DNA of 57,127 nucleotides from Candidatus Cloacimonadota bacterium (GCA_021206555.1 JAJOKA010000227.1:1-57127), one strand, 5' to 3'. Numbered from the stretch's first letter, positions 8,422-20,102 are shown. A program made the numbers and translations. The notes: a model not told the origin generated them from the sequence alone.

Positions 8422-10575
8422 TTATTTCATCAGCATCATTTTGCGAGTTTCGCTATGACCTTCAGTGCTCAGACGGTAGAAATATACACCGCTGGTGACG
8501 GCTTTGCCGCTGTTGTCGGTGCCATTCCATACCAGAGAAGTTTTTCCGTATTGGGCAGTGCCGTCAAAAAGGGTCTTGACGAGCTGGCCTTTTACGTTGA
8601 AGATATCCAGTTTGGCAGTTCCGGCTTTAGGCATATCAAAGCTGATGGTAGTTTCAGGATTGAAGGGATTCGGGAAGTTCGGGTTCAGCATTTTAGCAAC
8701 TGCGGGAGCGGTTCCTTCTGCGTTTGAAACATGAGGCGGGAAGGTGATCTGCATTTCCATGAACATCACTTCGCCACCATCATTGGTGGGGTGAGCAGCA
8801 GGAATAATGGCATTGGAGCCCCAAGTGTAGTCATTGTAGAACATGAAACCGATCTTACCAATCTTGCGATCTCCATCCATGCCAACAAAGAGAACTTTGT
8901 CAGCAGGATAGATCCACATGGGTTTGATGTTGGCAAATTCAGGAGTTTCAACGCTGTTCAGCAGGATGGGCTCGCTCCAGTTGTCGCCTTGGTTTGCGGA
9001 GACGGAAATGTAAACTTCCGGAACCTGAGCAAAGTCAGCGTATTCAGGAGCGCTGTTTTCATTGGCCCATTTCGCGCGTTGGCTATCCTGCCACACGGCA
9101 ACCAACATACCCTCTTCGTTCACTTCGGATACTTTGATGTTGTTGTAGTGAAACATCATGGCATCGCTGTGCAGAGATTCATCCCAGTGCGGGAAGGGGA
9201 AGATGACTTCAGGACTCAGGTAGCCATCATCAGTGTATTCCGGCTCGCCCCAAGGAGCTTCGACATCCCAGGGAGTGAAGGCAGCATTGAAGGTATCTTC
9301 AGCACTCTTCTGAGGATAGATTTCCACTACTTTGAACTCATCGATGGCAGGATTGTAGATCCAGGATTTCACAGTTTGGAAAGCGGCCCAGTATCCGCCC
9401 TCGACAGTGCTTTGTGCCCACATGCCGGGGACGATAATGCGTCCGCGATTGTCGGTCACAGCATTAAGGTGAGAGGAATTGGCCATTGACCAAACCAGCT
9501 GATCATCCGGATAAGGCACATCGCCATCACCAACGAAGTAACCGGTTCCGCCGGGGGTTCCGGCAGGATTCCAGGATGGAATTTGGCCATAATCGCTGAT
9601 GCGAGTCCAGGTGCCTTCACCGTAGTTTGGGCATACGAAGACATCTACGCCGGGTTCGTCGATGGCATTATCAGCTGCATCGTAGGCAAAGTGATAGCCG
9701 GCATAATACAGATTGCCAAGGTTGTCTGTGGTGATGGCATGGAAAGGACGACGCCAGTCTTCATCGTGGTTCCATTGGTCCATTTCAGGAATAGTGGTAT
9801 GGCTCCATACCAATGGCACTCCACCCTCGATCATGTCAGCATTGAAATCCGCATAAGCGATGTAGACGTTTTCGCTGGGAGCTGCAGTGCTATTGTGAGT
9901 TACGCTGTTGCGCATGGCCACATACACTCTGCGCATACCGTCCACAGGTGAGGGTCCGATCTGAGCGGTAGGCCAAATAAACTCATTGTCATGTGAGGGG
10001 TCGCCCACGGGTGGGATGATGGTATGAGGACCATCAGCAATGATCTGCAATTCGTTGAACAGGCCGGAGATGCCGGTCATGAAAGCATCAGAGGTGAACT
10101 GAACTTCAAATTCAGGATCCTCGTCAGCATTGCAGTGCCAGGCATACATGGGTTTGCCGGAAACAGGATCAACCGCGACGGTAGGATAACCTTCGTTGTT
10201 GGTCACAGCGGTGATTTCGTTGTTGTTTACCAGGTTGCCCATGGCATCCAGATGCGCGTAAAACACACGACGGGTACCAGTGGGGGTACGACGGCCATGA
10301 TAGGTCATGAAGTATCCGCCATCAAAATCTGAGGGGATCACGCGTAATGGAATACCATTGTAGCTACCGATCATGTAGTCATAGTAGTTGACCATCAAAG
10401 ATGTGGGGGTTTTGGTGAAGGTATAAGCTGGCATATTATCGCGGGTGCGAGTGACAGCTCTGCCGTTCACTTCCAGTTCGATAGGTCTCGGATTCGCGGT
10501 GGGCTGCAGTTCTTGGGCATATACAGCGCCGATCACGAAAGACAGGCATAGGACGAGTAACAAGAGTTTTTTCAT
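8422..10575 (-). CDS. Secreted Asp-box (BNR-like) protein with a T9SS C-terminal sorting domain
   Basis: 717 aa. Signal peptide MKKLLLLVLCLSFVIGAVYAQ. Asp-box-like SANQGDNWSEP. C-terminus FPNPFNPETTISFDMPKAGTAKLDIFNVKGQLVKTL..WNGTDNSGKAVTSGVYFYRL. Confidence 0.7.
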   Translation of the reverse strand: MKKLLLLVLCLSFVIGAVYAQELQPTANPRPIELEVNGRAVTRTRDNMPAYTFTKTPTSLMVNYYDYMIGSYNGIPLRVIPSDFDGGYFMTYHGRRTPTGTRRVFYAHLDAMGNLVNNNEITAVTNNEGYPTVAVDPVSGKPMYAWHCNADEDPEFEVQFTSDAFMTGISGLFNELQIIADGPHTIIPPVGDPSHDNEFIWPTAQIGPSPVDGMRRVYVAMRNSVTHNSTAAPSENVYIAYADFNADMIEGGVPLVWSHTTIPEMDQWNHDEDWRRPFHAITTDNLGNLYYAGYHFAYDAADNAIDEPGVDVFVCPNYGEGTWTRISDYGQIPSWNPAGTPGGTGYFVGDGDVPYPDDQLVWSMANSSHLNAVTDNRGRIIVPGMWAQSTVEGGYWAAFQTVKSWIYNPAIDEFKVVEIYPQKSAEDTFNAAFTPWDVEAPWGEPEYTDDGYLSPEVIFPFPHWDESLHSDAMMFHYNNIKVSEVNEEGMLVAVWQDSQRAKWANENSAPEYADFAQVPEVYISVSANQGDNWSEPILLNSVETPEFANIKPMWIYPADKVLFVGMDGDRKIGKIGFMFYNDYTWGSNAIIPAAHPTNDGGEVMFMEMQITFPPHVSNAEGTAPAVAKMLNPNFPNPFNPETTISFDMPKAGTAKLDIFNVKGQLVKTLFDGTAQYGKTSLVWNGTDNSGKAVTSGVYFYRLSTEGHSETRKMMLMK

Positions 10576-10600
10576 CGTTCCTCCAGTATTTTTTTCATTT

Positions 10601-11634
10601 TTAGTATCTCATTTTAAGCGACACACGGTGCGCGCTCTTGATCATGTTTTCTGCTAAATAGCCCATATCGGTATAGGCATAATCGATATTGAAGATTCCC
10701 AGGGATGTAGGAACCTGCCAGCCGGCCCCGGCACTGAAACCAGCAGCGTCATAACCGAATTGGTAACCGGTTCTCAGGAAGATGTTTCCTAACTTGTATT
10801 CGGTACCCAGGTTCCAGGTTTCCATACGATCTATCACGTTATCAAGTTGCAAGGATGCGATCCAGTAGCTATTATCCGAACGCATCAGATCACCGGAGAT
10901 TCCCAGTGAAAAGTGCATGGGTATCTTGACTTCAAGCTCAGGACCGTCTTCATCAATCAGGCCATCACCATCGTTATCAAAGAGATCCCAGGGATCTTCA
11001 TCGTAAAGACCATCACCGTCATCATCTACCCGATAGCGAATATCGGGACCGAAGTTCTTCAGGGCCATACCGATCTTGACATTGTTCCAGCCGGTATTGT
11101 ATATGGAACCAAGATCAAAGGCATAGCTATTCACGGAGAACTCATAGAGGTTTTCACGCAGATATTTGACGCCCCACGCCGGCAGAAAACTTGTCAGTAA
11201 ACTGCTGAGCGTAGTTCACGCCAAAGGCGGCACTGCTATTCGTGAAGTATTCGCCGGTGTGTTCGAAGGTATCTTCATCGGTTACTTCCATTTTGTCCAT
11301 ATGCAGCACAGTGCCGTAGATGGCAAAAGTATTCACGCCTGTGGTATAAGTAGCAGCGGCATACTCCTGCATGATATTGGCAGGCCAGTTTGTGTGTGAG
11401 AAAAACACCTGGTTTTGGAAGGCCGGGGCTAATCCCGCAGGATTCCAATACACCGAAGAGATGTCATCAGAAACCGCGGTATAGGCTTCGCCCATGCCAA
11501 TCGCGCGAGCATCCACACCAAGCTTGAGGAACTGCATTCCTACCGTTCCCACCTTGCCAAAAGGCTTGGCGGAAAGCGCAAAGGGCACCAGCATTACGGC
11601 CAGCGTCAGGATCAGGATTAATTGTTTTTTTCAC
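10601..11634 (-). CDS. PorV/PorQ-family outer-membrane beta-barrel with an acidic Ca-binding-type insert (frameshifted)
   Basis: ORFs 11154..11594 and 10601..11134. N-terminal family signature MQFLKLGVDARAIGMGEAYTAVSDDISSVYWNPAGLA. Insert DDDGDGLYDEDPWDLFDNDGDGLIDEDG. A GTG at 11634 after GGGAGGAA gives signal peptide MKKQLILILTLAVMLVPFALSA if the T7 run 11625..11631 is read as T6. Confidence 0.65.
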
Positions 11635-11643
11635 AGTTCCTCC

Positions 11644-14600
11644 CTATTTGATTATGACGAATTTGCCAACTTTGAGTTTGTTGTCGGCTTTGTTTTCTAC
11701 GCTAAACAGATACACGCCGGGAGCGATAATCTGGTTGTTTCTGGACAGTAGATCCCAGGCATGCATACCGTCCGCGGTCATGCCTTGAGTGGCAGCCTTG
11801 GAGATGGTGACGATATCAGTCTGATGAGCGCCATCATGATGCAGGGTTTGCACGAGGTCACCGGCAAGGGTGTAGATACGGATGGTGCAACGGTTGGGAA
11901 GGTTGATGAACCACAAACGGCGGCTCTTGTCACCTTTTTCGTCGTTATCATAACGTCCGTCGAACTTGCTGCGACCGATGTAAGGATTGGGAACGACCTT
12001 GATGTCGTCCATCTTTTCCCTGGCCAGTGAGCCGGGGAAGAATACCTTCATGTTGGCATCAGCGTCGCGACCGGTCTCCAGGAAGTTTAGATCATTAGAT
12101 GGAATACCGCGGTCATAAGCCGTGATGGCTACGTAGTATTCCACACCTTTTCTGGGATACATGATGTGGGATTTATAATATCTGCGCGCCAGACGTTCGC
12201 GTTCCAAGGTATCCAGCTGTTCCTGAGTGGGATCAAGGGCATCCACGCCACCGGGGAAGGCAAAGGTCTTTAGCGGCACGAGTTTGCGATCGTATAAGGC
12301 ATTGAAGATTTCGGGTTTCTGCTGCAAGTGAGGATGCATAAAGATTCTCGCCTGCATGGCGTCAAGCTCATCATCGGTCAGCATGGGATTATCAGCAACC
12401 ATCTGATCAGCCTGAGCCTGAATGGCAGGAGTCCAGTTCATGTCCGGATTGTAAATGGGCCATCCATAAAATGCGCTGCCATTGGGAACCAGAGTATACA
12501 TCTCGTTCAGGCGGTAGAATCTTGCGTATTCTTCCGGGCTGGCTTGCCATCCACGGTGGTTGATGTCTGGATTGTCACTGCGATTGGGCAGATCGGTGTC
12601 ATTACCCAGGTATCCACCAAAATCCAGGAAGAGATTCACAGAATCGGCATTGATGGTGTAGTCTGCGAAATCCTGAGGAGTATCGATCTTATCCCATCTG
12701 CGCACCATTTCCCAATCTTCCTGGCTTCCGCTGCCGGAGCGACCCCAAATGGTGTATCCCTGGAAGTCGTGCCGCAATCGGTATGCTGTGAAAGGATTGG
12801 CCAGAGCATTGTTATTCCATTTATATTCAGGATCGTTCATGTTTGGCTTGAATTCATCAGGGAAGTAATCCGGCCAGTTATCCGGCAGATATGGAGTGGG
12901 ATCACTATCGATTCCCGGTTTGAGTTGGGAACCATTGGGGTTTTGCCATCCCATGACTGCGGTAGAAACGGTCTTCACGTCATAGGAGAATTCACTACGG
13001 TTGTCCCAATAGAGATCGATGCGATCACCATTGTCCATCAGCTCGGCATAGAGAGCGGGGATTTCCGGGGGTTCCGGTGGGTTGTAATGCGGGAAAGTAT
13101 CAGGTAGCACCACAGTGATCAGGTCTTGCGCCTGGCCATAGATCTCTTTGGCCCAACGGGCAGTACGTTTGAGGTCTTCCTTGTTGTCTCCGGGGAACAC
13201 GGCAACCACGATCTTCATGGTTTTGCCGGGAGCAAGATTCCAGCGTTTGTAGTAGTGACCTTCATCATCCACTTCGTCATATTCAGGAGTGCCGGGTTGG
13301 GCTCCATAGAATGAGAAGAGAAAACGCGTGTCATTGGGAGAAGGCTGTTCATATTCCATCACGTCCGGATCTTCCGGTCTCAATGGAGTGTAATACGAAG
13401 TGTTAGGATTTTTACCGGTAAGTAGCCAATACTTCTCATTTGCAGTGCGGCCGCTGGGGTTCAGGTTGCGAGGATTGCTATCATCGGGACCTTGCCCTAC
13501 TTTCCAGTACCAGCAGTGGAACTCCAGCTCTTCCGGATCGGGAGTACAAACGCGAGCGCCTACCAGACCGGTGGTAAGTCCACCGTCTCCATCGGCATCG
13601 CGAGTGTAAGCAAATTCATAGCCTTCGCCTTTTACATAACCGGATACGTCGTCCGCGGCTTTTCCACACCCCAGGTTTGAGGTCCAACGTCCGCGTCCAT
13701 ATAAATACCCATGGCGCAATCAATCAGATCGTCTTCTGTGTTCATATTGGTAATATTGAACTCAACATAGACGAGGTTTTTGATGTAATCATAGCTCCAT
13801 TGATAGCTCATCTGACGCACGCGCACATTGAGCGGATAGTGGCGGTTTCTGCCCCTGGCGGAACCATGATCGCGATCACCTTCGGTGCCGAAGGGACAGT
13901 AGTCATAGTAATAAGCGATAAAGTCCTGTTCAGAAACAGGCGCTCCATCCTCATCAAAACGGCCATCATGATCATCATCGTATCTGGCAGCAAAGGCGTA
14001 GCTGGTGAAACTGCGATCGGAGAGATCCATGAAACCCAGTGGGAACCAGATTTCTGCGGTTGCGGGATCATCCAGTACCGAGAAGGCCGAAAGCGGCATA
14101 TCAGCGATGTGCCTTCCACCAAAAGCTCTGAACTGAGTGGGCAATTCATCGGCTTCTCTGAAGGGGAAGGTGTATCCCACAAAGTCCTCATCTATCCGGC
14201 CATCGCCATCATCATCCACCCCACGCTTTTGGGTACGGGTGGAAGCGGTGGCAATGCCATCCAGGGCATTGTAAAGGGCATAGTTCTCAGCCTGAGCAGG
14301 ATTTGATACCAGCAGAGGGTTGTATGCAGGCAGAAACTCATAAAGGTCTGCGTCGCCGTCAAATCCTACGGTAACCAGAGTGTCCAGAACCGGTTTCATG
14401 TCCGGGGTCCATCCTTCCTGGCCTTCAAACATCAAAGTGTCATTTGCCGCTGTAGGCGGATAGGTCTTCCAGTAAAGCTTGCGGTTCAGACCATCGCGGC
14501 GCGTTTTTTTGGCTCCAAACCAAAGCGCGCCTTGGTATAGATAATCGATTCCGCTGCCACCCGGATATTCCAAAGATGGGTATTGCGGAACGATATCGTC

Positions 14601-14777
14601 ACCGGAGCCAAAAAAGCCATAGTTACTGACTCTGAGCCAGATGTTTCCCACATTGTGGTATCTGGTCAGATCCAGTTTCTTTGTTCCCGTAGAGGGGTCT
14701 GCCATGGCAGCATGCACAAAGCTGGCAGTCAGCAGTAAGAGCAGCAGGCAGAACACTATCTTATTCATTTTCATCAA
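11644..14777 (-). CDS. Large secreted protein of unknown function (~1044 aa) with a T9SS-like C-terminal domain; one frameshift
   Basis: ORFs 13632..14777 and 11644..13719 join at the T4 run 13660..13663 (..QTWGVEK/AADDVSGYVKGEG..). Signal peptide MMKMNKIVFCLLLLLLTASFVHA. Acidic loops DDDGDGRIDED, DDDHDGRFDEDG and RDADGDGG. C-terminus VVPNPY..IRIYTLAGDLVQTL..APGVYLFSVENK. Confidence 0.6.
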
Positions 14778-14788
14778 ACACTCCCGGA

Positions 14789-15421
14789 TTAATTCAATTT
14801 GAACTCAACCGGAATAATAAGCAGCACATCCACGGGTTGACCGCTGCTCCGTCCGGGTTGAAATCTTACTTTTCGCACAGCTTCAATGGCGGCTTCATCC
14901 AGGCCACCGGGAACTGAACGTCTCACATGAATATTTCTCACAGAGCCATCTTTAAGAACTTCCACTTCCAGCACCACTGTACCCTGAATCCGGTTTCTGC
15001 GGGCAAATTCCGGATAAGCAGGTTGCATGGAACCGATCATCACCGGGGCTTCATCATAAGCCACGAAATTGACCGGTGTTTCATCAACCTGGGATAGGCT
15101 GGATGCAGTGGTTGAAGTGATATTCCCGATTTGAGAAAGCGCTGCCTGATATGCTTCCACATCAAACTCCTGAGTGCCCAGTTCTTCACTGATAATCAAA
15201 GGAATGTCGATGCTCACCTTCGTTTCCGGAGGTTCGATCTTCTCGCGCTCTTCCATGGGGATATCCACCAGCTCCATTTGCTGTGTTTTAAACACTTGTT
15301 TTCTTACTTCGATCTTCGGAGTAACCATCATTGCAAAGAGCAATAGGGTGAGCGAAAGAGCCATTGCTTTGCCAAATTGGCTATTGGCATAGTCTTTCCA
15401 GTCCGTATATTGTTGTTTCAC
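14789..15421 (-). CDS. tonB: Energy transducer TonB
   Basis: 210 aa with an N-terminal TM segment and the C-terminal TonB domain PAYPEFARRNRIQGTVVLEVEVLKDGSV..AAIEAVRKVRFQPG. Confidence 0.8.
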   Translation of the reverse strand: MKQQYTDWKDYANSQFGKAMALSLTLLLFAMMVTPKIEVRKQVFKTQQMELVDIPMEEREKIEPPETKVSIDIPLIISEELGTQEFDVEAYQAALSQIGNITSTTASSLSQVDETPVNFVAYDEAPVMIGSMQPAYPEFARRNRIQGTVVLEVEVLKDGSVRNIHVRRSVPGGLDEAAIEAVRKVRFQPGRSSGQPVDVLLIIPVEFKLN

Positions 15422-15430
15422 CTTAGCCTC

Positions 15431-15865
15431 CTAATCCCTGCGTTGCTGGGTTTCGAATGCCACCACCAGGGTGTTTGCATCCTGGAGTTGGCGCATAACA
15501 TCGGACATTACTCCATACATAGTATCCCGATCTGTCCTAAAACACACTACTATTTCGGGATCATCTTCTCTTTTGCGCACTAAAGTGGAAAACACAAAGG
15601 TGTCTTCCGCGCTATCAATGCGAGTGGGTACATCGTCGATCAGGATAGTCTCATCCCTCATTACATAGATGGTTGTAGTATGATTGCGAGGTATGCGCTC
15701 AATGCTTTCCGCTATTGGCCAGCGATCGCGTTCTACCCAGAATTGTTTTTCCTGAACGAACACTGTGCTAACCATGAAGAAGAGCAACAGCAAAAAGGCA
15801 ATATCCGACATCGATCCACTAGGGATATTGGTCTCACGGCTTCTTTCTCTTTTAAGCTTTGCCAT
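15431..15865 (-). CDS. exbD: Biopolymer transport protein ExbD/TolR
   Basis: 144 aa with the N-terminal IPSGSMSDIAFLLLLFFMVSTVF motif typical of ExbD. Confidence 0.8.
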   Translation of the reverse strand: MAKLKRERSRETNIPSGSMSDIAFLLLLFFMVSTVFVQEKQFWVERDRWPIAESIERIPRNHTTTIYVMRDETILIDDVPTRIDSAEDTFVFSTLVRKREDDPEIVVCFRTDRDTMYGVMSDVMRQLQDANTLVVAFETQQRRD

Positions 15866-15873
15866 TTATCCTC

Positions 15874-16300
15874 CTAATTCGTCGATAATGAGATCTTCTC
15901 GATCTTGGCCGCTTTGAGGCGGTCAACCACACGGATCATGTCATTGTATTTGGCCTGACGATCCGTGATTACTTTGAAGATCATTTCGGAGTTCACTTTC
16001 AGCTTTTGCTGAATCAAGGCATTCGAGTTCGGCACTTTCAAAAGTGCGCGGAGCCTCGTTGTTAACCACAATCATCCCCATCTGCTGTAATCTGCATCCG
16101 GGTCATCTCCTTCTCTGTCAGAGTTAGAGTCTGAGCCTGCTGCGTATTCTCTGCAGCTGCTGGGGCAGGACTATCCTGATCCCCTCTTTCACGTCGAACT
16201 TGGTAGTCGCCATGAAAAAGATGATCAAGAGGAAAGCAATGTCAGACATCGACGAAGTCGGGATCTCTGCTTTGCCTTTCCTTTTACGTCCTATCTTCAT
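15874..16300 (-). CDS. exbD: Second ExbD/TolR paralogue (about 3 frameshifts)
   Basis: The ATG at 16300 gives MKIGRKRKGKAEIPTSSMSDIAFLLIIFFMATTKF. The frame is lost at short runs (CCCC, GGGG, TTTT). The C-terminal part is ORF 15874..16071 (..KVITDRQAKYNDMIRVVDRLKAAKIEKISLSTN). Confidence 0.65.
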
Positions 16301-16317
16301 CTCATACTCCCTGAGGA

Positions 16318-17067
16318 TTATAACATCGCTTCTACGACTTTTTCAGTCGCTTTCTGCATGTCGATTACCATACCGTCTACTATGGTGACGAAGATATTGT
16401 TAAAGAACTGGGTGGGGATAGCCACGATCAAACCGGCCTGAGTGGTGATAAGAGAGATTTTGATACCGCTGGCCACGATGGTGGCGTCCACCGCGCGGGC
16501 GGCTGCGATAGCATCAAAAGCTGAGATCATACCGGACACTGTTCCCAAGAATCCCATCATGGGAGCCAAAGTAATAGCGGTGGAGAGCTCCAGAAAACCT
16601 TTTTCCAGATAGCTCATCTCGATCATTGCAGCATTCTCAATAGCTTTCTCGACGGCAGGGATGCCACCATCGGCTTTGAGCAAACCGGCATAGATGATGG
16701 CCGCGACCGGACCGCGAGTAGCTTTTGCCACTTCGGCAGCTTCTTTGAATTTCTTGTTTTTGATTAAGGGAATGATCTTACCCAAGAAGGCATTCAGATT
16801 CACCTTGGCGTAAATAAGGGCAATGAATTTCCAAACGATGTAGGCCAGTCCATAGATCGTGATAAGTAGAATAGGCCACATAGCCCAGCCACCATCTTTA
16901 AACCATTTCACCATTCCGCTGCCAAATACCAATTCAGCAAAGCTTTCCAATCCGCCGGTACTAACTGCCGCGGCTGTTTCCTCAGCTGCCACCTGCGCGA
17001 ACGCCATGCCCGGCATTACCAGGCTAAGCCCCGCTAACAGCAGCATTATGTACGAGAACTTTCTCAT
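16318..17067 (-). CDS. exbB: MotA/TolQ/ExbB proton-channel protein
   Basis: 249 aa. Long N-terminal periplasmic segment, then three TM segments, with APMMGFLGTVSGMISAF and TTQAGLIVAIP. Confidence 0.8.
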   Translation of the reverse strand: MRKFSYIMLLLAGLSLVMPGMAFAQVAAEETAAAVSTGGLESFAELVFGSGMVKWFKDGGWAMWPILLITIYGLAYIVWKFIALIYAKVNLNAFLGKIIPLIKNKKFKEAAEVAKATRGPVAAIIYAGLLKADGGIPAVEKAIENAAMIEMSYLEKGFLELSTAITLAPMMGFLGTVSGMISAFDAIAAARAVDATIVASGIKISLITTQAGLIVAIPTQFFNNIFVTIVDGMVIDMQKATEKVVEAML

Positions 17068-17090
17068 TTATGATTCCTCCTTGGAATAAT

Positions 17091-20000
17091 TTAGAAGTTG
17101 AACGACACGCCGAGGGTTACTCCGCGGTAGTTACTGTAATTGGCAGGGTTACTTGCGGCGAGACCATGCACGTATTCCACTTCGGGATAAGTGTAGTTCA
17201 CCACATCATCTTGCAGGTCTTCACCCGTATCATAGGGGCTTCCCGTTCTGGGATAAACATTGTAGATATTTTTGTTCTTAAAGAGGTTTTCTACGTCAAG
17301 GAACAAGCGCAAGTTGGTTCCTCCGGGAAGCATAACTCCCTTTGAGATACGCATATTAGTCTGCTGAGTGTAGTCCTTGCGTTTGCTGTTGGTATCAAGC
17401 ATAGCGTTTCCTTCCAGGCTCTGCGGGGTATAAGGAGCACCGGAAGCAAAGCTCCAGTTCATGCTGGCAGAAAAATCGTCCAGCGGCAAAATGAAGCTTG
17501 TGAAAGGCACGAAGAATTCTTCTCCGCGTCCGATCCGGAAGGTATAATTGATCCCAATGTTGTGGCGCACATCCCAATCCAGAGGGAATTCGCGCAGGGA
17601 GGTGTTTTCATCCTGAATCACTGTGCTGGAGTTATTGCCCTGAGCCCAGGCCAGAGAGTACGCGATACTCCAGGTATTGAAGTTTGTCAGCAGTTTTTCC
17701 AGCTGCATGTCGATGCCTCTGGCTGAGCCGTAGTCTTCAGAGATGAATTTGTACCAGGATACTGTTTCTTCCCCTTCTTTACGTTCTCTGACAGTGCTGA
17801 CGTAGTTATAAAGGTTCTTATAGTAAGCAGTCATATCCAGCACATAGTCATCGCTGACCTGATGGGAAAGACCCACTTCATAGGTAACGGTGATCTGAGG
17901 CAGCAGAGTGGGGTTACCCACTGTGATAGCCACATCGGAAAGATTCGCGTCTTCCGGAGTTTTGGATGTGAAGATATACTGCATCTGCGGCAGCTGATTC
18001 TGATAGTTGTAAGCAAAACGCAGCACGTCACGCTCGGTGATGGGGTGCGATACGCCAAGGCGTGGAGACACCATCATCTGGAAGCGATCGCCCTTATCAA
18101 AATCACGACTCACGAAGGATCCGTTATCCTGCAACACTTTATAGCTGCTGCCCAGATACCAGAAGTCAAAGCGCAAGCCGGCATTCACGATCATACCTTC
18201 CCATTCCATTTTATCTTGCAGATAGTATGCCATCTGCCAGGGATTGGCAGAATATCCGTCACGCTTACCGGAAGCGGCTTTCGCAGCTTCGAAATAAGCT
18301 TCGGGTTTGTAGATCGGGACAAGATCAGCAGTGCTGGTGGGAGTTTCCACCAGGGATTCCAGAGCGAAAAGCTCATTGGGAAGCTGATTGGGAGTGCCCC
18401 AATTGTCCAGGTCATAATATCTGACATCGTAAATACTGCGCAGGAAGTTCTGTCTGCGATCCTCATAAACAGTGAGGAAGTTTTGCAGCTGGTTCTTTTG
18501 GATATCGTGGCTGATGACTTCCAGACCGGTCTTGGCCAGATGAGTCTCGTTGATCTGCCATTCAAAATCAGCGCGCATATTTACGGTAGTAGTAGTATCA
18601 TTGATGAAGTTTGAGTAGATGGAGCCGGGAGCCGCAAAACCGGGGATACCGCGCGGAATTTCCTGACTCTCAAGGTTGTACACCCAGTTGCCGGCAGGTT
18701 GGAAGCCTCTGTCAAACACGCCATCGCCATCATAATCCACGCTACTGTAGCCATAGATTCCTTGAAGAACATTGCTGATATAGACCTCAGGATCGTCGGC
18801 AGCATTGGGATTCAGATACATATAGCTATCACGGCTGATGCCACGGGGGCCCTGGTTGCTGTCTTTGGTATAATAGCTTGCTTTCAGCTTCAGGTTCATG
18901 GTGTTATTGAACACATGGTCATAAGTAGCAATATACTGTCTCTGAATAGTTTCCGTAACGGCATAGTGCTGCAGGGCATAGCGCCAGCTATAGGCAAAAG
19001 GATAGTCATAGTTACGATCGCCACGTACAGCAAAGGTGAACTTCTGCACGGGGTTGAGATCGTATTTGGCTTTCAGGTTCACATTGTAGGCATTATAGTT
19101 ACGGTTCCCCACATCGATTCCAAGAATGTTATCTCTGGATTCATAAGGATTATAGGGATCATACTGGTGCTCCAGCAGGCTGCGATTGTTCAGCCGGAAG
19201 TCGTTGTTGGGATCAGACACATAAAGGTCTTTGAGTCTGCCATCCAGCCACTCACCACCACCATTCAGATAGAAAGTCAACCTTTCTTTCAGATCTTGGG
19301 AGGCAAAGGGCACGATGGGCCCGCCAAAGGCAAATTTGAAGACGTCGGAATTTCTACCTTCGCCAATCAAATGGTCTGTATTATACTCCAGTTTCCCGGA
19401 AAAGAAGGGATCACCATCTTTGGTCACGATGTTGATCACGCCGGACTGGGCATTACCAAATTCTGCCGGAAATCCACCGGTCATCACCTTCATATCCTTG
19501 ATGGCATCCATATCCACGGAAAGAGCGCTCCCGCCATCCACGGGATCGGAGACACTCATGCCGTCCACAGTGAAGTTCACTTCATTGGCACGGCCACCCC
19601 GGATATGCAGTTCTCCACCGATATTTGTGACTCCAGCCTGCAACGAGACAATGTCTGCCACAGAAGTCACACTGGCATCAGTCAGTCTGTCCATCTCGAT
19701 CTGACGTGAAGACTCCGTACGGTCACGGCCTACTCTGTCTTGTTCGGCCTGAACCGTGATCGGGCCTAATTCGATCCCTTCCCGGTTCATCGTGGGAGAA
19801 AGGTTCGCTGTTTGTCCCACCTGGATTCTTACGTCTTGGTATGTGAGGGTGGCATAACCCACCAGGGTCATCCTCACAGTATAAGTTCCCGGTGGAATAT
19901 TGATGATAATCGCCTGACCGCGATCGTTGGTCTGGCCACCGGTAATGCGTTGAGTGCCGGACATAACCACGATATTCACAAATTCCATAGGTCTGCCCTG

Positions 20001-20102
20001 ACTGTCACGAACACGGACAGCAAGACGACCGGTAGTCTGAGCTTCGAGGCATGCAACACCAACGAGCAACACTATTAGCAGGATCAATGCAGTTTTTCGC
20101 AT
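17091..20102 (-). CDS. TonB-dependent receptor with an N-terminal carboxypeptidase-regulatory-like domain
   Basis: The ORF is open to 20120, but the ATG at 20102 follows AGGGAGG. CarboxypepD_reg-like GRLAVRVRDSQGRPMEFVNIVV..PPGTYTVRMTLVGY. Plug motif LHIRGGRANEVNFTVDGMSVSDP. Barrel ends ..GVTLGVSFNF. Confidence 0.8.
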   Translation of the reverse strand: MRKTALILLIVLLVGVACLEAQTTGRLAVRVRDSQGRPMEFVNIVVMSGTQRITGGQTNDRGQAIIINIPPGTYTVRMTLVGYATLTYQDVRIQVGQTANLSPTMNREGIELGPITVQAEQDRVGRDRTESSRQIEMDRLTDASVTSVADIVSLQAGVTNIGGELHIRGGRANEVNFTVDGMSVSDPVDGGSALSVDMDAIKDMKVMTGGFPAEFGNAQSGVINIVTKDGDPFFSGKLEYNTDHLIGEGRNSDVFKFAFGGPIVPFASQDLKERLTFYLNGGGEWLDGRLKDLYVSDPNNDFRLNNRSLLEHQYDPYNPYESRDNILGIDVGNRNYNAYNVNLKAKYDLNPVQKFTFAVRGDRNYDYPFAYSWRYALQHYAVTETIQRQYIATYDHVFNNTMNLKLKASYYTKDSNQGPRGISRDSYMYLNPNAADDPEVYISNVLQGIYGYSSVDYDGDGVFDRGFQPAGNWVYNLESQEIPRGIPGFAAPGSIYSNFINDTTTTVNMRADFEWQINETHLAKTGLEVISHDIQKNQLQNFLTVYEDRRQNFLRSIYDVRYYDLDNWGTPNQLPNELFALESLVETPTSTADLVPIYKPEAYFEAAKAASGKRDGYSANPWQMAYYLQDKMEWEGMIVNAGLRFDFWYLGSSYKVLQDNGSFVSRDFDKGDRFQMMVSPRLGVSHPITERDVLRFAYNYQNQLPQMQYIFTSKTPEDANLSDVAITVGNPTLLPQITVTYEVGLSHQVSDDYVLDMTAYYKNLYNYVSTVRERKEGEETVSWYKFISEDYGSARGIDMQLEKLLTNFNTWSIAYSLAWAQGNNSSTVIQDENTSLREFPLDWDVRHNIGINYTFRIGRGEEFFVPFTSFILPLDDFSASMNWSFASGAPYTPQSLEGNAMLDTNSKRKDYTQQTNMRISKGVMLPGGTNLRLFLDVENLFKNKNIYNVYPRTGSPYDTGEDLQDDVVNYTYPEVEYVHGLAASNPANYSNYRGVTLGVSFNF

